Below, piece after piece: positions 50,339 to 59,213 of a stretch of 64,000 nt of DNA. Positions within the stretch are counted from its first letter, which is position 1, and every line of letters starts with the position of its first letter. Under the pieces are notes generated by a model that was not told where the DNA came from, ran no database searches, and worked only from the letters and a program-made list of their open reading frames with translations. The stretch is from Chloroflexota bacterium (GTDB taxonomy: Bacteria > Chloroflexota > Limnocylindria > Limnocylindrales > CSP1-4): positions 10,014 through 74,013 of the forward strand of contig JACCVQ010000253.1 of the NCBI GenBank assembly GCA_013698095.1, in the 5' to 3' direction. Position numbers and translations under genes: made by a program.

Positions 50339-51316
50339 ATGGGCCTGAACCTGCACTGCCATCTCGAGGGTTGCGTCCGGATCGCCACGGCGGCCGACAT
50401 CGCGCGGGAGCATGGCATCGCCGAGCCGGCCGGCGGCTGGGAGGCGGCGCTCCGGATGCGCACCCCGGCCGACCTGACGGTCTTCCTCGCCCATGTCGCG
50501 GCTGCCTACCCCGTCATGGGCTTTGCCGACGCCCTCCGCCGAATCGCCCGTGAATCGGTCGAGGACGGCGCGGCGGCGGGAGAGGACTTCCTCGAGATCC
50601 GGTTCGGGCCGGCCACCCACCGCCGCCCGGATCTGCCGGTGGAGGCCGTGATCGGTGCGGTCCGTGACGGGCTGGCCGATGGCAGCCGGGCAACAGGCCT
50701 GCCAACGGGCCTCGTCGTCTGCCTGCTGCGCCACAGTGACCGTGAGACGAACCTCGCGGTGGCCCGGGCAGCGGCGGCGCTGGCTGGCGACGGGGTGACC
50801 GGCCTGGACGTCGCAGGCGACGAGCTTCGCTGGCCATCGAACGAGGCGTACGTCGAGCCGTACCGGATCGCGGCCGCCGCCGGGCTGGGCCTCACGGCAC
50901 ATGCTGCCGAGGCCAGCGGGGCCGGTGCGGCACGCGAGGCCGCCGAGTGGCTCGGCGCGACCCGAATCGGCCATGGCACGCACGTCGCCGACGATCCGAC
51001 CATCCTCGCCTGGGCGGTCGACCACGGGCTGACCTTCGAGGTGTGTGCGACGTCCAACATCTACACCGGGGCTGCCCCCTCGCTCCGGGAGCACCCCGTC
51101 CACGCGTTCCTGGCGGCCGGTGCCAGTGTCGTCCTCGGCAACGACAACCCGATCACGATCGACCGGACGCTGGCCGACGAGGAGCGCGACCTCGTCGGTC
51201 AAGGCGGGCTGGCGTCCGACGATCTCGGCGCGATCCATCGCGGCTCGATCGAGGTCGCGTTCATGGACGAGAGCGTCCGGGCGCGGCTCCGCGAGCGGTT
51301 GGCTGCCTCGACCTGA
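50339..51316 (+). CDS. add: adenosine deaminase family protein
   Basis: The 325-aa product begins MGLNLHCHLEG (metal HxH) and also has GLTAHAAE, IGHGTHV and NDNPIT-type blocks of the adenosine/AMP deaminase fold. Confidence 0.85.
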   Translation: MGLNLHCHLEGCVRIATAADIAREHGIAEPAGGWEAALRMRTPADLTVFLAHVAAAYPVMGFADALRRIARESVEDGAAAGEDFLEIRFGPATHRRPDLPVEAVIGAVRDGLADGSRATGLPTGLVVCLLRHSDRETNLAVARAAAALAGDGVTGLDVAGDELRWPSNEAYVEPYRIAAAAGLGLTAHAAEASGAGAAREAAEWLGATRIGHGTHVADDPTILAWAVDHGLTFEVCATSNIYTGAAPSLREHPVHAFLAAGASVVLGNDNPITIDRTLADEERDLVGQGGLASDDLGAIHRGSIEVAFMDESVRARLRERLAAST

Positions 51317-51485
51317 GCCCATGGCCGGCCGACCATGCACCGAGCGGGTCAACCGCCGGCTGGGCCATCGCCCGGACGACGTCCGACGCATCGGGTTCAT
51401 GGAGCGTCGGCTGGACGCGCGGATCGCGTCCGTCGCAGCCCGACGCCGGCCGTCCGGGCGTCCGTTCATGCAGTCTGTGCACCAA

Positions 51486-51526
51486 GCGCCGCCGATCAGC
51501 GGCCGCCGATCAGCGGCCGCCGATTC
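51486..51526. repeat. 13/14-nt tandem repeat, 3 copies (gcg(g)ccgccgatca)
   Basis: Read directly from the sequence. It spans the stop codon of the CoA-binding gene (minus strand ...ATCGGCGGCCGCTGA TCGGCGGCCGCTGA TCGGCGGCGC). Confidence 0.8.
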
Positions 51527-52028
51527 GGCCGAGCTCGATCGCGGTGCAGCGGTCCATCACCACCGCCAGGCCGGCGTCCGCGGCGATCCCGGCCGCCTCC
51601 CAGTTCGCGACACCGAGTTGGAGCCAGAGGCACGACGCGCCGGCCGCGACCGCCTCGCGGGCGTGCTGGACGCACAGCTCGGAGCGCCGGAACACGTCCA
51701 CGACCTCGAACGGGCCGGTCGCGGCCATCGCGTCTGCGAGCGACGCGAACGCGGGCACGCCGTGGACAGCGGTCTCCTTGGGGTTGATCGGGACACAGTC
51801 GTAGCCGGCATCGAGCAGGGTCCTGAACACGCCGTGCGATGGCCGCCACGGGTTCGACGAGGCTCCGATCACGGCGATCCGCTTCGCCGACCGGAGGACT
51901 GCCGCGATCCCGGCATCGTCGAGGACCGCCAGGGGACCGCGGCCCTCGTGGTAATCGAGCAGCGCCCGGACGCGAGCTCGCTCGGCGGACTTCGCGGCGG
52001 CGTCCGCGGCGGGATCGGACTGGCTCAG
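51510..52028 (-). CDS. CoA-binding domain protein (YccU-like); no canonical start codon is available
   Basis: The Rossmann-like core reads KRIAVIGASSNPWRPSHGVFRTLLDAGYDCVPINPK...VDVFRR. The only ATG/GTG/TTG between the upstream permease stop codon and the first beta-strand is the GTG inside IAVIGAS (51872). The provisional start is the CTG at 52028, which overlaps the permease TGA (CTGA) and has AAGGAAGG 6 nt upstream. CTGs at 51962 and 51932 are alternatives. Confidence 0.65.
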   Translation of the reverse strand: MSQSDPAADAAAKSAERARVRALLDYHEGRGPLAVLDDAGIAAVLRSAKRIAVIGASSNPWRPSHGVFRTLLDAGYDCVPINPKETAVHGVPAFASLADAMAATGPFEVVDVFRRSELCVQHAREAVAAGASCLWLQLGVANWEAAGIAADAGLAVVMDRCTAIELGRIGGR

Positions 52029-53110
52029 GTCGCGCCTTCCTTGACGTACGGCCGGCCGACCGACGCCGGAGGGATGCTTCGCCCCACCACGCCGGCAAGG
52101 ACGATCAGGGTCAGGAGGTACGGCAGCGCGCCGAAGAAGTTGTTGTAGAGGCTGGGATAGGTCGCCTGGATCCCGGACAGAAACACGCCCAGGTCGCCCG
52201 GCGGTGGATCCGACCTGATGGCGATGCCGAGGGCCTCCCAGACCATGAAGAGAAGGGCGCCACCGAACGCCCCCACAGGCGTCCAACGGCCGAAGATCAC
52301 TGCCGCCAGGGCGATGAACCCGCGGTTTGCAGTCATGCCGTTCTGGAAGGATGCGTTGAATTCGAGGGTCAGCCACGCTCCGGCGAGGCCGGCGAAGACC
52401 CCGCCGAGGATCACGTTCCGGTAGCGAACCCGGATCACGTTGATCCCGACCGTGTCGGCTGCCCGGGGGTGCTCGCCGACGGCTCGCGTTCGGAGTCCCC
52501 AGCGCGATCGGAAGAGGAGGATCTGGAGGACGATGACGAAAATGATCACCGACGTCGTGATCGGACCCGAGGTGAAGAACATCTGGATCACCGGGCCGAG
52601 GACCGGCAGGTCCAGGAGGGCGGCCGGCGGCCGGATCGGATCGAGCGTGCCGGCGCTGCCGCTCGGCTGGATGAGCCGGTTCAGGTAGCCGGTCAGACCG
52701 AGGGCGATGATGTTGATGACGGTCCCGCTGATGATCTGGTCAGCCCGGACCGAGATCGACAGCCACGCGTGAAGCAGGGAGACGAGCATGCCCGCGCCGA
52801 TCGCAGCGAGGACGCCGACGACGAGTGCCGGTGTGAAGCCGAAGATCCCGGCCTCCGCCGCGGGCATCGCGTCGCTGACGACGACGGCGGCCATGAAGCC
52901 GACAAACGCCGCCGTCAGCATCATCCCCTCGATTCCGATGTTGACGATCCCGCTCCGTTCATTCAGGACGCCGCACAGTGCGCCGAGCACGATCGGGGTC
53001 GCCAGCTGGAGGGTCTGCGCTGGCAGGTTCGTCGTGAAGATCGCGTCGACCAGATAGGCGAGGAACTGGAAGATGAAGCCGAGGATCGGAATGTCGAACA
53101 ACACGTCCAT
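52025..53110 (-). CDS. ABC transporter permease (BMP/nucleoside importer, NupQ/YufQ-like)
   Basis: The 361-aa polytopic protein is the fourth gene of the BMP-ATPase-permease-permease string. Confidence 0.88.
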   Translation of the reverse strand: MDVLFDIPILGFIFQFLAYLVDAIFTTNLPAQTLQLATPIVLGALCGVLNERSGIVNIGIEGMMLTAAFVGFMAAVVVSDAMPAAEAGIFGFTPALVVGVLAAIGAGMLVSLLHAWLSISVRADQIISGTVINIIALGLTGYLNRLIQPSGSAGTLDPIRPPAALLDLPVLGPVIQMFFTSGPITTSVIIFVIVLQILLFRSRWGLRTRAVGEHPRAADTVGINVIRVRYRNVILGGVFAGLAGAWLTLEFNASFQNGMTANRGFIALAAVIFGRWTPVGAFGGALLFMVWEALGIAIRSDPPPGDLGVFLSGIQATYPSLYNNFFGALPYLLTLIVLAGVVGRSIPPASVGRPYVKEGAT

Positions 53111-54285
53111 CAGGTCGTCGAGTCCCCATACGATCGCGAGACCGTCCCGATCTCACCCGGCGTGACCCGCTCCGTGCGGCTCCGCAGCGCGTGGCGGATG
53201 ACGGACTCGGCGGCGAGGAAGAGCAGAATCAGACCCTGGATGACGTCGATGATCTCGATCGGCACCTTGGCCGTGATCTGCATCGATGGGGCGCCGGCCT
53301 GCATCGCCCCGAGAAGGATTGCCGCCAGCAGGATCCCAACGGGATGGGCCCGGCCGAGGAGCGCGACCGTGATCCCGGAGAACCCGATGCTCGTCCCGAA
53401 GACGGCGGGGTAGTAGCCGAGGCTCAGGATCTCGAATGCGCCAGCGAGACCGGCGAACATGCCGCACAGGCTCATGGTCAGCACAACCAACCGTCGTGGG
53501 CTCATGCCGGCATAACGTGCGGCACTCGGGTTCGCGCCGACGGTCCGGATCTCGAAGCCGAGCGGCGTCCGGTAGATCAGGACGTAGACGAGAACCACGA
53601 GGATCAGGCTGATCAGGATTCCGAGGTTGCCGTTGCGGCCGAACAGGATCGGCATGGCCGCGTTGCCCACGTCGGCGGAGCGGGCGAAGCTCGGGCCCGT
53701 GATCTTGAAGATGTCGTTGACCAGGCCGACGATCACGAACGCGGCGAGCGAATTGAGCATGATCGTCGAGACCACTTCGTGGGCGCCGGTGAACGCCTTC
53801 AGGAAACCGGGGATGAAACCGTAGGCCGCGCCTCCCAGGGCGCCTGCCAGGATTGCCATCGTCACCGCGACCGGAGCAGGCTGGCCAGCGACCGTGCCTC
53901 CCACGAGGGCGGCAGCGAACCCGCCCACGAGCACCTGGCCCGTTCCGCCGATGTTGAACAGGCCGGCCTTGAAGCCGACCCCAACGGCCAGGCCGGTCAG
54001 GACCAGCGGGCTGGCCGCGGCGACCGTGCTTGTCAGAGCGCGGGCGGCCTGATCGGGCTTGATCGATGGGTTGAACGTGATCGCCCCGCCGGTCACGTCG
54101 ATGAATGACAGGCCGGTTGCCCCCTGGAGCAGGCTCTCGTACGCGATCAGGGGCAGGAGCGGGTTGAGTGAGGGCGACGTGGCCAGGCTCGAGGCGCTGA
54201 TCAAGAGCGAACCGACGAGCAGGGCAAGGAGGATCGAGACGACCGGGATCGCCGCCAGGGCCCAGATCCGGCGGAGCGACGTCAT
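53110..54285 (-). CDS. ABC transporter permease (BMP/nucleoside importer, NupP/YufP-like)
   Basis: The 391-aa polytopic protein has an ATG overlapping the ATPase stop codon (ATGA). Its own stop codon overlaps the next gene's start by 1 nt. Confidence 0.88.
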   Translation of the reverse strand: MTSLRRIWALAAIPVVSILLALLVGSLLISASSLATSPSLNPLLPLIAYESLLQGATGLSFIDVTGGAITFNPSIKPDQAARALTSTVAAASPLVLTGLAVGVGFKAGLFNIGGTGQVLVGGFAAALVGGTVAGQPAPVAVTMAILAGALGGAAYGFIPGFLKAFTGAHEVVSTIMLNSLAAFVIVGLVNDIFKITGPSFARSADVGNAAMPILFGRNGNLGILISLILVVLVYVLIYRTPLGFEIRTVGANPSAARYAGMSPRRLVVLTMSLCGMFAGLAGAFEILSLGYYPAVFGTSIGFSGITVALLGRAHPVGILLAAILLGAMQAGAPSMQITAKVPIEIIDVIQGLILLFLAAESVIRHALRSRTERVTPGEIGTVSRSYGDSTT

Positions 54286-55931
54286 GAGAGCCCGGTCGCC
54301 GTCGGGCCGGGTTCGGCGACGGCATCAGACGCGACCGGCGGGATCGCCCGGCGCCCCGCGGCCATCAGGAGCCCCACGTCCTCGCGCTCGGCGGTCGGGC
54401 CGTCGACGACCGCGACGATCTCTCCGCGATACATGACCGCCACTCGGTCAGCCAGCTCCAGGACCTCGTCGAGCTCGGCCGAGACAAGAAGGATGGCCGC
54501 GCCCTCGTCGCGCTTGGCGACGACCTGGCGATGGATGAACTCGATGCTCCCGACGTCGAGTCCGCGGGTCGGCTGGTCGAGGATCAGGACCGTCAGCTCG
54601 CGGCTGAACTCGCGGGCGACGATCGCCTTCTGCTGGTTGCCACCCGAGAGCGTCGACGCATTCACGTTCGCCGACGGAGTCCGGATGTCGTACTCGGCGA
54701 TTGCCCGCTTGGCCCACGCGGCGATGGCCTTCTCGTCCCGGAGCAGGCCCTTGACGTAGGGCGGCTCGTCGTACTGGGTCAGGACCAGGTTGTCGGCCAG
54801 GGAGAAGCCGAGGACCAGGCCGAATCGATGGCGGTCGCCCGGGACGAACGACATGCCCTGTTGTTGGAGAGCACGGGGCCCTGCGCCGGTCACGTCGCGG
54901 CCGCCCATGCTGACGGTTCCGCCTGTCGGCTTGCGCAAACCCGTCAGCGCCTCGACGAGCTCTTCCTGGCCGTTGCCCGCGACGCCCGCGACGCCGAGGA
55001 TCTCCCCGGCTCGGACCTCGAAGCTGACGCCGTTCACCGACTCCTGGCCACGGTCGTCGGCGACCTTGAGGTCGGAGACGACGAGGGTGGCGCCCGCCGG
55101 ATGCGATTCCCCGCGGTCGACCACGAGCTGGACGTTGCGGCCCACCATCAGCGCCGCGAGGTCGTCCTCGTTCGTCTCGGCCGGCGCCCTGGTCCCGACC
55201 ACCTTGCCCCGCCGGATGACCGTGATCCGATCCGCGATCTCGAGGACCTCGTGGAGCTTGTGGCTGATGAAGATGATGCTGTGACCCTCGTCGGCAAGGC
55301 GGCGGAGGACGACGAAGATCTCCTTCGTCTCCTGCGGCGTCAGGACGGCGGTCGGCTCGTCGAGAACGAGGATTCGCGCCTGGCGGTAGAGCGCCTTGAG
55401 GATTTCGACCCGTTGTTGCCAACCGACCGACAGGCTTCCGACCGGCACGTCCGGGTCGATCTGGAACCCGAACCGCGTCCCGAGCTCGACGATCCGGCGA
55501 TGCGCCTCCTTCCGATCGAGGAAGATCGGGTTGGCCATCGTCTCGGCACCGAGGAGGATGTTGTCGGCGACGCTCATCACCGGGACGAGCATGAAGTGCT
55601 GGTGGACCATGCTGATCCCACGGGCGATCGCGTCCGATGGCCCGCCGATCCGGACTTCAGCGCCGTCGAGCAGGATCTCGCCGCTGTCCGGGGTTGCCAG
55701 CCCGTACAGGATGTTCATCAGGGTCGACTTGCCCGCACCGTTCTCGCCGAGGAGGGCATGAATTTCGCCCGGTCGGACGTCAATGTCGATCGCGTCGTTG
55801 GCGACCACGCCGGGGTAGCGCTTGGTGATCGCGCGCATCTCCAGCGCCGGCGCGGTCACAGGTGGGGACGGGGACTCGGTCACGGCGGCCTCGACGGAGC
55901 GCGGGTCAGGGACGGTCAGTCGCGCGGACAA
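54282..55931 (-). CDS. ABC transporter ATP-binding protein with two NBDs (nucleoside/simple-sugar type)
   Basis: There are two Walker A sites (GENGAGKST, GVAGNGQ), signature LSVGWQQR/LSGGNQQK and Walker B sites ILVLDEPT/VLILDQPT. The track start is the TTG at 55931. The GTG at 55883 (GAGG 5 nt upstream) is a plausible alternative. Confidence 0.88.
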   Translation of the reverse strand: MSARLTVPDPRSVEAAVTESPSPPVTAPALEMRAITKRYPGVVANDAIDIDVRPGEIHALLGENGAGKSTLMNILYGLATPDSGEILLDGAEVRIGGPSDAIARGISMVHQHFMLVPVMSVADNILLGAETMANPIFLDRKEAHRRIVELGTRFGFQIDPDVPVGSLSVGWQQRVEILKALYRQARILVLDEPTAVLTPQETKEIFVVLRRLADEGHSIIFISHKLHEVLEIADRITVIRRGKVVGTRAPAETNEDDLAALMVGRNVQLVVDRGESHPAGATLVVSDLKVADDRGQESVNGVSFEVRAGEILGVAGVAGNGQEELVEALTGLRKPTGGTVSMGGRDVTGAGPRALQQQGMSFVPGDRHRFGLVLGFSLADNLVLTQYDEPPYVKGLLRDEKAIAAWAKRAIAEYDIRTPSANVNASTLSGGNQQKAIVAREFSRELTVLILDQPTRGLDVGSIEFIHRQVVAKRDEGAAILLVSAELDEVLELADRVAVMYRGEIVAVVDGPTAEREDVGLLMAAGRRAIPPVASDAVAEPGPTATGLS

Positions 55932-55959
55932 CTGGCGCCATCATAGGGGCCGGAATCGA

Positions 55960-55989
55960 CCGAGGGGTGGTCCGTTGACCACCCCTCGG
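55960..55989 (-). terminator. intra-operon stem-loop after the binding-protein gene
   Basis: A perfect 13-bp stem, CCGAGGGGTGGTC / 4-nt loop / GACCACCCCTCGG, lies in the gap between the BMP lipoprotein and ATPase genes. Confidence 0.55.
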
Positions 55990-56018
55990 ATGTGGAGCGA
56001 AGGTGCGGACCCGTCGGG

Positions 56019-57215
56019 TCAGCTACCCGCCACCGTGCACTTGATCGGAGCGCACGGATCGAGTGAGCCGTCCTTCAGGGCGGCAAGGGCCGCGTCGAGC
56101 TTGGCCTGGATCTCGGGCGTAATCAGCGCCGCGTTGTCGTGGTAGGCCGACAGGCCGATGGCCTGCGGATCGGACGCCGCGTTGTACGGGACGGTGCCCG
56201 CCTTGAACGTGTCCGAGGCGACGCTGAGGACGACGGCCTTGACCGTGTCGACCAGCTTCTTCTCGGCGCTGGTGACGATGCACTTGGAGAGGGTCGGCAG
56301 GCTGACGGCCTGATCGACGTCGACGCCGATGCCGTACGCGCCGTCCTTGGCGCAGACCGCCTCGAGTGCGCCCTGCCCGGTGAGGCCGGCGATCTGGAAG
56401 ATCACGTCGGCACCCTGGCTCAGGAACTGGTTGGCGATGGTCTTGCCCTTGCTCTGGTCGTTGAAGCCTTTGGACGGATCCGGATCCGTCTCCTGGTAGA
56501 GGACCTTGATGTCCGACTTGATCGACTTCGCGCCGTTTTCGTAGCCGCGCCAGTAGTTCACGACGGCCGGGACGTTCGTGCCGCCCACGGCGCCGATCGT
56601 GCCCGACTTGCTGATGCTGCCCGCAACGATGCCGGCGAGGTATCCGGGCTGGGCTTCGGCGAAGACGATGCCCTGATAGTTCGGGAGGAGCGTCGCGGCG
56701 TCACCCTTGCAGGCGAACGTGCCGTCCGGGGCGCCCGCCTCGTCGACGCACACGCCCTGGTCCACGCCGACGAACTTGACGTCCGGGTTGGCCTTGGCGG
56801 CCTTGGCCGTGTCGGTCCCGATCAGGAAGCCGACGGTCACGATCACGTCGAAGTCGGCGTCGATGAGGGTCTGGATGTTCGCTGCGTAGTCCGAGATCGC
56901 CTTGGTGACGATGACCTCATGCGATCCACCGGACTCGGTGGCCGCCGCCTTGGCACCCTCATTGGACGACTGGTTGAACGACTTGTCCTCGAGCTGACCG
57001 ACGTCGGTCACGACGCCGACCTTGATCGGCTTCATGGCCGAGGTTGACGCCGACGGGGCCGCGTCCGAGCCTGATGCCGCCGGGGCCGAAGCCGAGGCGG
57101 CGGGCTGTGAGGCCGCCTGCGACGACGACGGGGTCGGGGTTGCGGCCGTGCCGCACGCCCCGACGATGATGGCCAGGCTGCCGACCAGCGACAGGCCAAG
57201 CGAGCGCTTGTGCAT
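56019..57215 (-). CDS. BMP family (basic membrane protein/PnrA-like) nucleoside-binding lipoprotein
   Basis: The ATG at 57215 follows GGAGGAGGA. The lipobox is IIVGAC, followed by a Ser/Ala/Pro linker and BMP blocks (VGVVTDVGQLEDKSFNQS, FVGVDQ, YLAGIVAG). The track ORF's extra 63 codons are upstream junk. Confidence 0.9.
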   Translation of the reverse strand: MHKRSLGLSLVGSLAIIVGACGTAATPTPSSSQAASQPAASASAPAASGSDAAPSASTSAMKPIKVGVVTDVGQLEDKSFNQSSNEGAKAAATESGGSHEVIVTKAISDYAANIQTLIDADFDVIVTVGFLIGTDTAKAAKANPDVKFVGVDQGVCVDEAGAPDGTFACKGDAATLLPNYQGIVFAEAQPGYLAGIVAGSISKSGTIGAVGGTNVPAVVNYWRGYENGAKSIKSDIKVLYQETDPDPSKGFNDQSKGKTIANQFLSQGADVIFQIAGLTGQGALEAVCAKDGAYGIGVDVDQAVSLPTLSKCIVTSAEKKLVDTVKAVVLSVASDTFKAGTVPYNAASDPQAIGLSAYHDNAALITPEIQAKLDAALAALKDGSLDPCAPIKCTVAGS

Positions 57216-57285
57216 GTGTCCTCCTCCAGCATCGAGTCCGTCCGGCCACACTTGTGCTGCGGTCCGCCACGGTCTCGAAGAACGT

Positions 57286-57301
57286 TCGCCCGATCGGGCG
57301 A
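57286..57301. promoter_or_regulatory. perfect 16-bp palindrome TCGCCCGATCGGGCGA upstream of the nucleoside importer operon
   Basis: Read directly from the sequence. It lies 71-86 nt upstream of the BMP gene ATG, in the region shared divergently with the hydrolase gene. It is a candidate operator or 5'-UTR hairpin. Confidence 0.35.
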
Positions 57302-57433
57302 CCATCGGCGCGCATCGTATCGAGCCGGGCTCGGCCGGGCAACTCCGGCGCAGCGCCGAAGGCAAGGTCCGTGGCTCCGATCGAAGGATCGCGTCCGGCC
57401 GCAAGGATAGGGCCTCGATGCTCGCATGTGCAT

Positions 57434-58399
57434 ATGCTTTCCGTCATGTTCGATGGTTCATCTCCCGGGCGGTCCGATCCAGAGGCCCCTGCACAAGCAC
57501 CCGAACAAGCATCCGGCGGCGCCGCGCCGGGCGGCAGGACGGCGAGTGGGATTGCCTACGACGACGAGGGCTCCGGCGAGCCGGTGGTCCTGATCCATGC
57601 CGGCGTGGCCGATCGGCGGATGTGGTCCCACTTCGCCGCCGACCTCGCGACCGACCACCGGGTGATCCGGCACGACGTTCGGGGGGTCGGCGAGTCGCTG
57701 CCGCCATCGGGCTCGTGGTCTCATCACACTGACCTCCTCGATCTCCTCGATGAGCTCCTGCTCGAGCGGACCCACATCGTCGCCGCGTCGATGGGCGCGG
57801 GAATCGCGGTCGAGGTCGCGCTCGCCCGACCCGGGGCGGTTGCGTCGCTCGTCCTCGTCGGGCCCGGCGGGGCACTGTTCAGTGAGACCCCGGCCGAGCT
57901 CCGCCCGATCTGGAAGGCGGAAATCGATGCCCTCGACCGAGGAGACATCGACGCTGCGGTCGAGGTGAACCTCCGGGCCTGGGTCGACGGCCGGGGCCGG
58001 GCGCCGGACGCGGTCGATCCGGATGTCCGCGCCTTTGTCGGCCGGATGCAGCGGGAGGCCTTCGAGATCCCGGAGTGGGACGCCGAGCTCTACCCGGAGA
58101 ACGAGCTGTCGCCGCCGGCCGCCGGCCGCATCGCGGAGCTGACGTGCCCCGTCCTCGTGCTCGTCGGCGACGCCGATCAGCCCTCGATCCGGGCGACGGC
58201 CGAGCGGGTCGCGGCGGAGGCGTCACGAGCCCGCCTCGTTGTCTGGCCGGACGCGGCCCACATGCTGAATCTCGAGCGCCCGGAGGCGTTCGCCGGGCTC
58301 GTTCGCGAGTATCTGGGAGCGGTCGGGGACGGACGGTTCGATGGCCGACCGACCGCTGCGCCCGAATCGTCGGGTACGCCCGTCGAACCGGCTCGGTGA
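57434..58399 (+). CDS. alpha/beta hydrolase fold protein
   Basis: The product has VVLIHAGVADRRMW, a nucleophile-elbow-like IVAASMGAG, and a C-terminal His region (VVWPDAAHMLNLERPE). The start is uncertain (ATG 57434, GTG 57428 or ATG 57446). Confidence 0.78.
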   Translation: MLSVMFDGSSPGRSDPEAPAQAPEQASGGAAPGGRTASGIAYDDEGSGEPVVLIHAGVADRRMWSHFAADLATDHRVIRHDVRGVGESLPPSGSWSHHTDLLDLLDELLLERTHIVAASMGAGIAVEVALARPGAVASLVLVGPGGALFSETPAELRPIWKAEIDALDRGDIDAAVEVNLRAWVDGRGRAPDAVDPDVRAFVGRMQREAFEIPEWDAELYPENELSPPAAGRIAELTCPVLVLVGDADQPSIRATAERVAAEASRARLVVWPDAAHMLNLERPEAFAGLVREYLGAVGDGRFDGRPTAAPESSGTPVEPAR

Positions 58400-58416
58400 C
58401 GGGACGAGCGGCGCCG

Positions 58417-59121
58417 ATGCTGCTTACCGTCATCGCCGTTGCTCTCGGCGCCGGTGTCACGGCGTGCGCGGCGCAGCGACCAGGGCCATCCGCCCGATCA
58501 TCCGTTGAGACGCCCGTTGCGCTGCGCTACGTTGCGTTGGGCGACAGCTACACGATCGGGACGGCCACCCGAGCCCCGTCGGAGCGCTGGCCCGACCAGC
58601 TGGTCGCGGCGCTCGGCGATCGCGCGCCGACCCTCGACCTCGTCGCCAACCTCGGGGTCAACGGCTTCACCTCGAGCGACGTGATCGAGGTGGAACTGCC
58701 CCAGTTCGCCGATCTCGACCCGGAGTTCGCGACGCTCCTGATCGGGGTGAACGACGTCGTCCAGGGCGTGTCACCGGACACGTACCGCGCGAACGCCGGG
58801 CGAATCCTGGATGCGCTCCTCGAGCGATTGCCGGCCGAACGGATCGTCGCGGTCGCGACCCCCGACTACACGGTGACGCCGCAGGGCTCGAGCTACGGCG
58901 ACCCGGTCGCCCAGGCGGCGGGGATCCGGGCCAACAACGAGATTCTTCGCAAACTCGCGGCGGATCGTGACATCGCCTGGGTCGACATCCACGACATCTC
59001 GCTGCGGGCCGCTGACGACCGCTCGCTCGTCGCCGACGACGGGCTGCATCCATCGGGCGCGCAGTACCGGCTGTGGGTGGAGCGGATCGCCCCGATCGTC
59101 GCGGGTCTCATCACGCCCTGA
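58417..59121 (+). CDS. SGNH/GDSL hydrolase family protein, secreted or lipoprotein
   Basis: A signal peptide with Cys (GAGVTAC) is followed by block I YVALGDSYT, block II GVNG, block III LIGVND and block V DGLHPS. Confidence 0.85.
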   Translation: MLLTVIAVALGAGVTACAAQRPGPSARSSVETPVALRYVALGDSYTIGTATRAPSERWPDQLVAALGDRAPTLDLVANLGVNGFTSSDVIEVELPQFADLDPEFATLLIGVNDVVQGVSPDTYRANAGRILDALLERLPAERIVAVATPDYTVTPQGSSYGDPVAQAAGIRANNEILRKLAADRDIAWVDIHDISLRAADDRSLVADDGLHPSGAQYRLWVERIAPIVAGLITP

Positions 59122-59141
59122 CGCTCGGCTCCGGACAGAGC

Positions 59142-59169
59142 GACACCCCCGGCGTAGGCCGGGGGTGTC
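59142..59169. terminator. bidirectional terminator-like hairpin between convergent genes
   Basis: GACACCCCCGGC-gtag-GCCGGGGGTGTC is a perfect 12-bp stem. The U-tracts are weak on both strands. Confidence 0.6.
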
Positions 59170-59213
59170 AGTTCGGGCGGATTGTCGGCCACGTCAGCCG
59201 GGTCGGTGTGGGC

